From an uncultured Gemmatimonadales bacterium (lineage in GTDB: Bacteria; Gemmatimonadota; Gemmatimonadetes; Longimicrobiales; Longimicrobiaceae), in assembly GCA_963716255.1 (NCBI GenBank), contig OY970303.1, positions 5,120,001 to 5,184,000 on the forward strand: a stretch of DNA of 64,000 bases, written 5' to 3'. Positions 20,971 through 29,370 of the stretch are shown one piece after another; the stretch's first letter is position 1, and each line of letters starts with the position of its first letter. The notes below the pieces were generated by a model. It searched no databases. It had not been told where the DNA came from and worked only from the letters and a program-made list of their open reading frames with translations. A program made the position numbers and the translations under genes.

Positions 20971-21635
20971 CCCCTCGACGCTGGCAGGAGCCGCCCATGC
21001 TCAGGCTGAGAGGGGAAGGCTCACCCGCATGGAGGCGGCGGATCAGGCGGGAGCTGGAGCCGATCCTCGGCGCGGGTGCGTACGCGGTGGTCGAGACCAT
21101 GAGCGCGGTGAGGGCCTGGCTGTGTGCCGCTGCTGCGGCCGCACCGGCAGTGGTTGTGGATCCGCAGCCACGTCGTGATGTCGCCGCTCCGGGTGACGTC
21201 AGCGCGCCAGCCACCCTGTCGGAGTCACTGGCTTCGCTTGGCTACGCCATTGAAGCCGGCATCCTTCACCTCCCGTCCGGCTGTCAAGCCTTGGCTCGCT
21301 CCGCAGAAGCAGCTGGCGCCCGCCTGACGGCGTTCCTGTTCGCCAGGCTGGCGCGCGATGCGGGCGCGCGATGCGACCCGTCCCCCATCTACGCCTACGA
21401 GATGGCCCGCCTCGCGGTAGTGATCCCCGAGCTGGCGGTGCTGGGGCGCGAGTGGCTTACCTGGGCAGCGCTCGAAGGACGCCGCACGGCACGCTGGGAC
21501 GTCGCAGCGCTCGCGGTGGCGACGCTCGCCGACCATGTAGACGCGGATGGCGACGTGGCGACAGCCGACCGACTCCGAAGAGTTGCGGAGTGGGCCGAAG
21601 CCCGTGCCCGCGGCCAAGCCCGATCGACCCAATAG
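20967..21635 (+). CDS. Short, divergent member of the same TPR-like family
   Basis: GTGA overlap with the upstream gene; CQALARSAEAAGARLTAFLFA...AYEMARLA...REWL..AA..GRR..RW parallels the TPR paralog N-half. Confidence 0.55.
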   Translation: MTPRRWQEPPMLRLRGEGSPAWRRRIRRELEPILGAGAYAVVETMSAVRAWLCAAAAAAPAVVVDPQPRRDVAAPGDVSAPATLSESLASLGYAIEAGILHLPSGCQALARSAEAAGARLTAFLFARLARDAGARCDPSPIYAYEMARLAVVIPELAVLGREWLTWAALEGRRTARWDVAALAVATLADHVDADGDVATADRLRRVAEWAEARARGQARSTQ

Positions 21636-21642
21636 AACAGGA

Positions 21643-22461
21643 ATGAGCGAACAACCCACGCAACTGCTGATCCTGCATGGCGACGAGCGGGTTCGCGCGG
21701 CCATTCCAGAGACCGCCAGCCCAACCTGTACGTGCGCGATCGCTTCGGATTGGCCCGCCCTGACCATGGCCGTCCGCCGTTCGCCGCCTATGGCCGTGGC
21801 TGTCGTCGATCCGTACAGCCGGTGCGGGACTCGACTGGCGCCCGAGCTCCGCTCCCTGCTGGTGTCGTTCCCGTCTCTCACCGTTCTCGCAGCATTGGAG
21901 ATCCCGAAGGCAACCCCTGTCGAGATTCAGACGCTCGCGAGATGGGGAGTTGCCGACGTGGTCGTGATCGGCCACGACGATACGGTTACCGCTCTGCTGT
22001 GCCGCTCGCGGCAGGCACGTACGCGTTCGCTTCACGCACTTCTACACCGTGTCGTTTCGCGGGACCTTCCGGAACGCGCACGTGCGATTCTGTTCGCGAC
22101 AGCACGGTGCGCTGGTGACAGAGCTACCGTCGACGATGTCGCATCGCACGTGGGTGTCTCCTCCCGGACCCTCCTCCGGTGGTGCGCTCAGGCCTCGCTT
22201 CCACCACCGAACGAGATCCTCGCGACTCTCCACGTGTTGATTGCCGCGGAGTTCCTCGATGATCCCGACCGAACCATCCACAGCATCGCGTCCGGCCTGG
22301 GATACGGATCTGAACCCGCGTTGCGTCGTGCCACGCTCGAGGTCGCGGGACTTACGCCGACTCAGCTTCGCGCTCGCGGTGCCGTTTCCACCGCCGTGGG
22401 AGTCGCGCGCGCGCGTCTGGCCTTGACCTGTATCCCGGGATGTGCGCCCACGCCTCCGTGA
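21643..22461 (+). CDS. AraC-family regulator with receiver-like N-domain (paralog 1)
   Basis: DW..L..A.RRSPP..VVDPY...LAPEL..LL..FPS; double HTH (VASHVGVSSRTLLRW; IASGLGYGSEPALRR). Confidence 0.85.
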   Translation: MSEQPTQLLILHGDERVRAAIPETASPTCTCAIASDWPALTMAVRRSPPMAVAVVDPYSRCGTRLAPELRSLLVSFPSLTVLAALEIPKATPVEIQTLARWGVADVVVIGHDDTVTALLCRSRQARTRSLHALLHRVVSRDLPERARAILFATARCAGDRATVDDVASHVGVSSRTLLRWCAQASLPPPNEILATLHVLIAAEFLDDPDRTIHSIASGLGYGSEPALRRATLEVAGLTPTQLRARGAVSTAVGVARARLALTCIPGCAPTPP

Positions 22462-22699
22462 GCAGGCTGGCACCCCGGCGCCGCGGTCACGGTGCCGCCC
22501 CGCGCACATTTGGCCTATACGGGTTGGGAGGGATCGCCTGTCCGACACCATGGTCATGTTCGGAACGAACGGTTCAAGTCTGCATTGACATCTGGATCGC
22601 AGCCCGGTAATTGTGGCTGACCAAGCAACAGCCGGTACTAGTGCGGCAATCCTCGTTTCAACGCGGTGGGGGGTGCCCACATGCTACAACCCTCGGATC

Positions 22700-23827
22700 A
22701 TGCGCTTGCCGATGCGAAACGAAGCCAGAATCGCTGCAGCTTTTCTGCTGCTGGCCGTGATGGGGTGCTCGCCCGAGAACGCCGATCAGGGGAGCTCGGG
22801 TGCACACGTGGTCCCCTTCGACGAGGTCTTCCCGCTCCAGGAGACCATCGTGCTGCAGGATCCCCCGGGAAATCCGATCGGAGAACCTTCTTCGATCATC
22901 ATCTGGGGGGACCGGCTCGTCGTCACGGACCTGCTCCAGGCGGACGTGAAGATGTTCGACCGTAGCGGGCGACACGTGGCGACCATCGGGCAGCCCGGGG
23001 ACGGCCCGGGCGAGTTCCGGGCACCGGTTGGAGCCGCGGTGCTGGCCGGCGGTGTCCTGGGCGTCTTCGACCCGAGGTTGCATCGCCTCTCGTTCTTCAC
23101 CGCAGACGGCCGGCCCCAGGACCAGGTCGGAGTGCCCTTGCACTCGATCACCTCCTTCCAGGGGATCGACTCCGCCCATGTGCTCTACACGGGCACGCTC
23201 CGAGCAAGCACCACGGCGGAAGCCCGGGTCCAATCCCAGGAGGGTTCGAAGTCGGTGCACATCCTCGACCCTCAGGGGACGGTGCTTCGCTCCTTCCACC
23301 AGGTCGAGCCACCCTCCCGCATGTACGAGGCGAACTTCTCGCTGGTGGTCGCTGCCCCGGTCGGCGGCAAGGTGGTGTCCGCTTCCTTCGGGTCGAACCG
23401 AATCCACATCTCCGACCGCGCCGCAAGGAGCGAGACGGTCGTCGCACTCGGCGCTGAGTCCTATCGGGAGCCGCAGTGGCCGAAGCGCGAGTTGCCAGGG
23501 GGGCTCACCGTTCTGAGCGAGTGGGCGAACCAGCAGATGTGGACGTCCCGCATTGTAGCCCTGGATTCCACGACCTTCGCGGTCGGGTTCACGATGCCGG
23601 ATGCTCGCAAGCCAAAGGAGCGGGTGTTTCGTTACGAGGTGGCTACCGTGGCCGGCCAGGCACTGTTCGCCACGTCTCTGACGAACCGCGTCCTCATGTT
23701 CGTCCATCGCGGGTGTGGGGTGTTCGTCAATCGGCGAGAGGATGCGACGACCGAGATCGAGTTCCGCGAGGTCGACCTCAATCCCCGAAAAAAGGCCGTG
23801 CCCCAGCGCTGTGCCGCGCAGGCATGA
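22700..23827 (+). CDS. 6-bladed beta-propeller (NHL-like) lipoprotein 1
   Basis: Lipobox LAVMGC; VKMFDRSG..VATIGQPGDGPGEFRAP NHL-type repeat. Confidence 0.85.
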   Translation: MRLPMRNEARIAAAFLLLAVMGCSPENADQGSSGAHVVPFDEVFPLQETIVLQDPPGNPIGEPSSIIIWGDRLVVTDLLQADVKMFDRSGRHVATIGQPGDGPGEFRAPVGAAVLAGGVLGVFDPRLHRLSFFTADGRPQDQVGVPLHSITSFQGIDSAHVLYTGTLRASTTAEARVQSQEGSKSVHILDPQGTVLRSFHQVEPPSRMYEANFSLVVAAPVGGKVVSASFGSNRIHISDRAARSETVVALGAESYREPQWPKRELPGGLTVLSEWANQQMWTSRIVALDSTTFAVGFTMPDARKPKERVFRYEVATVAGQALFATSLTNRVLMFVHRGCGVFVNRREDATTEIEFREVDLNPRKKAVPQRCAAQA

Positions 23828-23869
23828 CCACTCGGATCCGCCTCCGTCCACCGATAACGACAATTGAAC

Positions 23870-24553
23870 ATGCGACTTAGACCCGCCCTGGCTGCTGCCG
23901 CTTGCGTTGCGCTGTTCGTGGCGGGATTCGCCGGCGCCCGCCGCAACTTCCTGGCGGATTTCGGGCGGGCGGAGGACGAGTCGGCGATCAACTCCAGCAC
24001 GGCGAGCGCGGCAGGTGGCCGGATCTCCGATGTGGTTCTGGAGGACCACCGGGGACAGCGACTCCGCCTCTCGGGCCTGACGGAAGGCCGCCCCACGCTG
24101 GTCCTGGTGGTGAGCGCCGAAGACTGCCTCAGCTGCGCGAACTTCCCGGTGGAGATGCGAGTCGTCCGGAACAAGTTTCCCGGCCTGAAGCGCATCATGC
24201 TGGGAACGGGAAAGGACACTGCCTTCTTCCGCGAGTATGGGAGGGAGAAGAGGATCTCTTCCGAGATGGTCCTCGATCCTGGCGGGGAGTTCCTGAAGAG
24301 CGTCGGGGCGGCGGGGCGCACCCCTGCCGTCCTCCTGCTGGACGCGGAGCGGAATGTCCTTCTCTTCGAGCACCGATCGGGACCGGCGTTCTCCGGCTTC
24401 CCGGTTACCGAGCAGCTGCTCGCGGTGCTCCGAGTTCTCAACGCCGCAGGTGCGCCGCGCGTCGCACCTGGCGGCGAGAGGGCCGCTCGTACGAGCGTGC
24501 CCATGCCCGAGCCGGGCGCACCCACCATCTCCACGAGAGGAACGGCTCCATGA
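23870..24553 (+). CDS. Membrane-anchored thioredoxin-fold (TlpA/peroxiredoxin-like) protein
   Basis: N-terminal hydrophobic segment; LEDHRGQRLRLS..GRPTLVLVVSAEDCLSC (CxxC); TPAVLLLD cis-Pro loop. Confidence 0.8.
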   Translation: MRLRPALAAAACVALFVAGFAGARRNFLADFGRAEDESAINSSTASAAGGRISDVVLEDHRGQRLRLSGLTEGRPTLVLVVSAEDCLSCANFPVEMRVVRNKFPGLKRIMLGTGKDTAFFREYGREKRISSEMVLDPGGEFLKSVGAAGRTPAVLLLDAERNVLLFEHRSGPAFSGFPVTEQLLAVLRVLNAAGAPRVAPGGERAARTSVPMPEPGAPTISTRGTAP

Positions 24554-24822
24554 ACCATTCCCGCACGACCTCACGCACTCGCTGGGCCCTCTTCGCGTTC
24601 GTCCTCGCGCTGGCCGCGGGGAGCGGCCTCGGGACCCTCTCCGCGGAGGAGACCGGGTACTCGCTGAAGGCGAGCGCGATGCCGAGCACGACCGGCACGA
24701 CCCAGAACTGGTGGTGTGAGACCAGCTGCCCCAAGGACCAGCAGGGAGTGAAGTGCTGCTACATCCGCGCGAACAGCACCGGCGACGAGGAGGCCTCCAG
24801 CGGCAACGACACGGCGAACTGA
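24550..24822 (+). CDS. Secreted Cys-rich peptide 1 (90 aa)
   Basis: ATGA overlap with the thioredoxin gene; Sec-type signal; WWC-x3-C-x8-CC core. Confidence 0.7.
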   Translation: MNHSRTTSRTRWALFAFVLALAAGSGLGTLSAEETGYSLKASAMPSTTGTTQNWWCETSCPKDQQGVKCCYIRANSTGDEEASSGNDTAN

Positions 24823-24906
24823 CGGACCAGATCGGCTTTCCCATGCCCGGCTTTCACGCGTTAGCTCGAACTTCACGAAGCGACTTCCATGCTGACGGAG
24901 ACGACC

Positions 24907-25155
24907 ATGAGACGCACGAACTTCCGCCGCACCGTCCTCACCGCCCTCTCGGTCCTCGCCTTCGGGCTGAGCGCGGGTCACGCCTCCGCGACGTACGACC
25001 CGCCCCCGACGATCGACGAGAGCCCCGTGGGGACCGGCGGGGACGAGCAGGGCCCGGGCCCCAAGGGGTTCGACTGGTACGGTCCACGCAAGGGGATGTG
25101 CACCTCGCTGAGCTGTGCGCCCAACCAGTCGTGCTGCATGATCGGCAACGCGTGA
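24907..25155 (+). CDS. Secreted Cys-rich peptide 2 (82 aa)
   Basis: GGAG RBS; signal peptide ending ASA; acidic/Pro-Gly spacer; C-x4-C-x5-CC core near the C-terminus. Confidence 0.75.
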   Translation: MRRTNFRRTVLTALSVLAFGLSAGHASATYDPPPTIDESPVGTGGDEQGPGPKGFDWYGPRKGMCTSLSCAPNQSCCMIGNA

Positions 25156-25317
25156 CGTACGGCGGTCGGGTCCCGGCCGCTTCCGAGTGACGTCGTCGCA
25201 CGCACGATCAGAACGGTCGGGCGCATGCCCCTTCCAGCGGTCGCCGGTGAATCCGGTGGGAGGGGCGTGCGCCCGATCAGGTCAACTCAACTTACACCAG
25301 TCCCGAGCTCACCCTTG

Positions 25318-26433
25318 ATGATCCCTTCCCGCCTGACCACTTGCATCCGCCTTCTCGTCGCGGGAGTCGTAGGGGTGTTCGCGGCGCTTTCGACGACAGC
25401 CTGCGCCGGCGATGTCGCACCCCGCAGCGACACCGACAAGCCCGTCCCGTTCAACTCGGTTTTCGCGGAGATACGCCAGGTGGCGCTCCACCCCTCCTCC
25501 TCCGACCCGATCGGCGAGGTCTGGAGCCTGGTCAGGTGGCGGGGCGGGCTGGTCGTCCTGGACCCGCTGCAGACCAACGTGAAGGTGTTCGACGACCAGG
25601 GCCAGCTGCGCCAGACCATCGGCCAGGCGGGATCCGGCCCCGGGGAGTTCCGCTACCCCTACGCCGCGGCTGCCCTGGCGGACGGCAGGCTGGCGGTCCT
25701 CGACGTCGCCAGCATGACGATGTCCATCTTCCGGCCCGACGGTGCGTACGAGCGCGGGTGGCTCGTCCCCGTGGCCTCCCCCGGGCAGATCACCCCGATG
25801 GAAGGTGGGAGGCGGCTGCTGATCCCCGCGGAGCGGACCGAGACACGCGGCGAGCGCACGGCCAGACATCCGGGCCGGAAGGCTTTGCACGTATTCGACC
25901 TGGACGGGACGCTGGTCCAGTCGTACTCCGCTGTCCCCACGCAAAGGCAGGGAGAAGGCAGCTTCTTCACCCTGATGGGCACGGCCGTGGGAGCCACGGG
26001 GGTCTCGGTGCCGATGAGCCGCAACACCGTGCGCCACGTGGACCTGCAGTCCGGACGCGAATGGGTGGCGCCTGTGGGGTCGAAGATCTACGTGCCACCG
26101 GCCTGGCCGAAGGGGCGCTTCCCCGACCTCAGCGCCCTGGACGAGTGGGCCACGAGGCAGATGTGGACGAAGGGGATCGTCGCGGTCGACTCCAGCCACT
26201 ACGCGGTGAAATTCGTCACCTACCCCGGGGGCAAGCCGTTGTACCACTATGCCGTCGCGAGGAGCGACGGTACGACGGTGGCTGTTTGCGATCCGACTTC
26301 ATGGGACCTGCACCTGGTCGAGAATGGCGTCGGGTACGCCACCCGGACGGACGAGGAGGGGAACGTCACCGTCGCAATGCTCCGCATCCAGCTTCCCGGT
26401 GCGGCGGTTCCCCGGCGCCTGGGCCAGCGGTAG
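25318..26433 (+). CDS. 6-bladed beta-propeller (NHL-like) lipoprotein 2
   Basis: Lipobox STTAC; VKVFDDQG..RQTIGQAGSGPGEFRYP; shares EWA..QMWT..IVA.DS with propeller 1. Confidence 0.85.
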   Translation: MIPSRLTTCIRLLVAGVVGVFAALSTTACAGDVAPRSDTDKPVPFNSVFAEIRQVALHPSSSDPIGEVWSLVRWRGGLVVLDPLQTNVKVFDDQGQLRQTIGQAGSGPGEFRYPYAAAALADGRLAVLDVASMTMSIFRPDGAYERGWLVPVASPGQITPMEGGRRLLIPAERTETRGERTARHPGRKALHVFDLDGTLVQSYSAVPTQRQGEGSFFTLMGTAVGATGVSVPMSRNTVRHVDLQSGREWVAPVGSKIYVPPAWPKGRFPDLSALDEWATRQMWTKGIVAVDSSHYAVKFVTYPGGKPLYHYAVARSDGTTVAVCDPTSWDLHLVENGVGYATRTDEEGNVTVAMLRIQLPGAAVPRRLGQR

Positions 26434-26446
26434 GAACAGGACGTCG

Positions 26447-27907
26447 ATGGAGCGCTCGATCTCGCGACGAAGATTCCTTGCGTCGCTGTCGGCCGCCGCC
26501 GGCGTAGCGTCGCTCGGGGGCTGCGGTGCCATGGCGGGGGGCCGGAAGGAACGCGTGATCGTCGTGGGAGCGGGACTGGCAGGTCTCGCCGCGGCGTACG
26601 AGCTGGTCCAGGCCGGTGTGGACGTGCTGGTGCTGGAGGCCGCGTCGCGGCCGGGCGGGCGGGTCCTGACGCTCCGCGCACCATTCGCGGACGGCCTCTT
26701 CGCCGAGGCCGGCCCGTTGCACGTGCCCGACCACCACGACGCGACCCTCCGCTACATCGACGCTTTCAACATCCAACTGGACGAGGGCAGGGCACGGGCT
26801 CCGGCCACACACCGCAACGTCTTCGTGGGCGGGCGTCTGGTGAGGGTCGCGCCCTGGGACGGTGGCGACTGGCAGCTTCCGCTCCGGTCCGACGAGCGGA
26901 GCCTCAGCGTGGCGGAGCTCCACCACCGGTACGTGCGGCCACTCGTCGAAGGGGTCGGTGACCCCCTCGCTCCCGGCTGGCCAGGCCCGGAGGCCGGGCG
27001 CCTGGACCGCATCACGTTCGCCGAGCTGCTCAGGCAACGAGGCGCCTCCGACGCTGCGCTGTCCCTGCTCCGCCTCGGGTACTTCGACGTGTGGGGGGAC
27101 GGCGTCGACAGCTACTCCGCTCTGTTCATGCTGCGCGATCTGGCGCTCAAGCCGAGCTGGGGGACGAGCTACCGCATTCGCGGCGGAAGCGATGCGCTTC
27201 CGCACGCGTTCGCGCGTGCGCTGGAAGGCCGCATCCGCTACAACTCCCCGGTGGTTCAGATCCGGCAGACATCCCGGCACGTGGAGGTGACGTTCCAGGA
27301 CAACGGACAGCCCAGGACCGAGCAAGCCGACCGCCTCGTGTGCGCGATTCCGTTCTCGGTGCTACGGCGCATCCCGGTCGCCCCGGATCTCTCCGAGGGG
27401 AAGCGACTCGCGATCCACACGCTTTCCCACACATCCATCGCGAGGGTTTTTCTCCAGTGCAGGTCTCGCTTCTGGCCGAAATCCGGCCTGGGCGATGACG
27501 TCGCCACGGACCTGCCCATCATGAACGTGCGGGACGCTGCTCCGGGTCAGCCTGGTACTCGGGGGATCCTCGAGTCGTTTTCAGCTGGCCCGGCCGCGCG
27601 ACGCATCACGGCGGTTCCGCCGCGCTCCCGGGTAGAATGGGTGACCGCGCAGATCGGGAAGATTGCGCCCGAGGTATTGGGCCAGGTTGAATCCGGGGTG
27701 TCGAAATGCTGGGACGAGGATCCGTGGGCACGTGGAGACTACGCCTGGTTCCGTCCGGGCGAGATGTCCACGCTTCCCCCCCACATCGCACCCCCGGAGG
27801 GGAGAATCCACTTCGCGGGGGATCACACGTCGTCGTGGCCGGGCTGGATGCAGGGCGCCCTGGAGTCGGGGATGCGTGCTGCCCGGGAGGTAATCACGGC
27901 GGGCTGA
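26447..27907 (+). CDS. Flavin amine oxidase / L-amino-acid-oxidase family, Tat-exported lipoprotein
   Basis: SRRRFL Tat motif plus LGGC lipobox; VVGAGLAGL, LEAASRPGGRV, IHFAGDHT...GWMQGALESG. Confidence 0.9.
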   Translation: MERSISRRRFLASLSAAAGVASLGGCGAMAGGRKERVIVVGAGLAGLAAAYELVQAGVDVLVLEAASRPGGRVLTLRAPFADGLFAEAGPLHVPDHHDATLRYIDAFNIQLDEGRARAPATHRNVFVGGRLVRVAPWDGGDWQLPLRSDERSLSVAELHHRYVRPLVEGVGDPLAPGWPGPEAGRLDRITFAELLRQRGASDAALSLLRLGYFDVWGDGVDSYSALFMLRDLALKPSWGTSYRIRGGSDALPHAFARALEGRIRYNSPVVQIRQTSRHVEVTFQDNGQPRTEQADRLVCAIPFSVLRRIPVAPDLSEGKRLAIHTLSHTSIARVFLQCRSRFWPKSGLGDDVATDLPIMNVRDAAPGQPGTRGILESFSAGPAARRITAVPPRSRVEWVTAQIGKIAPEVLGQVESGVSKCWDEDPWARGDYAWFRPGEMSTLPPHIAPPEGRIHFAGDHTSSWPGWMQGALESGMRAAREVITAG

Positions 27908-28149
27908 GCCCCGCCGCGGCCGTTGACGCCGGACAGCTCGCTTCATCGGCGATGTGCCGCCCGCAGGTCCATGGAACGCCGATCCCACGCAGTCCACCAC
28001 ACCCGCAGCACCGCGCCCCTCCCGACATCGTTGCAATTCTCCTGATGCACGAGACCGTCCGCCGGTCGTAGGAGTCGCGAGAACGGAAGCCCCCACCGCG
28101 GCACGTCCCCTTCCGCGAGTCTGCCGGCGAGCTGGCGGCAGTCGGCTGC

Positions 28150-28989
28150 TCAGGAGAGCCAGACTTTCGGCGGCTTGCCGGAATGGCGCGCCCGCAGGTC
28201 GAATAGCTCCCGCTCGAAAGCGCTCGCGGCGGTCGCGAATGCACCTTTCTCCCGCAGCTCCCCCGGCGTCGTTCTCATCAAGTTCCGGATCGCGGTCTTC
28301 AGGCTTGGCCCTGAGGCATAGCCCGTTGCTCTGGCGACGGACTCCAACGACCTGGAGGGGTCGTCGAGCAGGTCGGCCGCCAGGAGGAGACGGAGCCAGG
28401 CCAGGAGCCGCTGTGGCGGAGGAAGGTCGGCGCGGTGGCACCAGCGCGGGACGGTCCGCATCCCCACGCCCAGCGCGCGCGCAAGGTCCGGGGCTTGTCC
28501 GCCCACGGCCACGATCTCGGCTGCTCGCAGGAGCAGCCCCGCCGGACGACTCGGGAGTCCCCGGGGCAGAGCGCGGTTGATCAGGCGCTGGACCGGCCTG
28601 CTCTGCACGACGCGCAGGCGCCTCGCGACCGCCGGCGGCGTGTTCTCCCGCGCCAGGTCGATGCAGTCCGCGACACCCCATTCACCGAGTGTCCGCAGCA
28701 CCACGGAGTCTCCGGGGGTGACCTGGAGCGCGGCCACTACCGTTGCCGAGGGAAATTCCCGCAGGAGAGCTTGCAGCTCCGTCGCCAGGCCCGCTCCGCC
28801 ATCACTGCGGCGATAGGGATCGACGATCGTGATGGCTGCGGGAGGCGAGCGGCGCAGCGCGTCGTGGAGATCATCCCAGGTCGTCAGGTGGTTCAGCCGA
28901 TACGGCTGGCCGGGAAGGAGGGCGAACGACCTCGCGAGCTGCTCGTTGCCGTGGAGCAACCACAGTGTCCGGGTCAGGGGCTGCATCAT
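28150..28989 (-). CDS. AraC-family regulator with receiver-like N-domain (paralog 2)
   Basis: TWDDL..ALRRSPP..IVDPY...LATELQALLREFPS; LPPPQRLLAWLRLLLAADLLDDP; VARATGYASG. Confidence 0.88.
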   Translation of the reverse strand: MMQPLTRTLWLLHGNEQLARSFALLPGQPYRLNHLTTWDDLHDALRRSPPAAITIVDPYRRSDGGAGLATELQALLREFPSATVVAALQVTPGDSVVLRTLGEWGVADCIDLARENTPPAVARRLRVVQSRPVQRLINRALPRGLPSRPAGLLLRAAEIVAVGGQAPDLARALGVGMRTVPRWCHRADLPPPQRLLAWLRLLLAADLLDDPSRSLESVARATGYASGPSLKTAIRNLMRTTPGELREKGAFATAASAFERELFDLRARHSGKPPKVWLS

Positions 28990-29024
28990 GGTGCCTACGG
29001 GTGGAGTTTTTTACGACACTTTCC

Positions 29025-29054
29025 TTGACGGACTGTCGACGCGGGGAATACCTT
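29025..29054 (+). promoter_or_regulatory. Putative sigma70-type promoter of the small lipopeptide gene
   Basis: TTGACG-N18-TACCTT in the divergent AraC/peptide intergenic region. Confidence 0.4.
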
Positions 29055-29102
29055 CGGCGCACAAGCAGGTCTCACCTCCACTTCCCGCGCCAGGAGCCTC
29101 AC

Positions 29103-29321
29103 ATGCACCCACGCAGATTGCCGTTTGTCGGCGCCCTCGTCTTCAGCCTCTGTCTGCTCATTTCCGGCTGCGCCTCCGATTCGCCGACCTCCGACGACCG
29201 TACTCCCGGGCCTCCGCTGCTCGACGGTCCTGGATGGATCGGCGGCGGTGGCCGGATGCCGGGCGACACCACGTCAACGAGTAACGCCCCCCCGCCCGAT
29301 TCCACGCCGGTGAACCGGTAG
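29103..29321 (+). CDS. Small lipoprotein / putative signalling peptide precursor (72 aa)
   Basis: AGGAG RBS; lipobox LISGC; DGPGWIGGGG motif followed by an S/T/P-rich tail. Confidence 0.7.
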   Translation: MHPRRLPFVGALVFSLCLLISGCASDSPTSDDRTPGPPLLDGPGWIGGGGRMPGDTTSTSNAPPPDSTPVNR

Positions 29322-29370
29322 GTTCGCCGCCTGGCCGCCCGGCTACGAGCCGGACGGCCAGGTGCAGGAG

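Noticed and set aside
24550..25155. Calling the Cys-rich peptides lanthipeptide, sactipeptide or ranthipeptide precursors
   Set aside because: They have Sec-type signals, and no LanB/C/M, radical SAM or peptidase-ABC genes are nearby.
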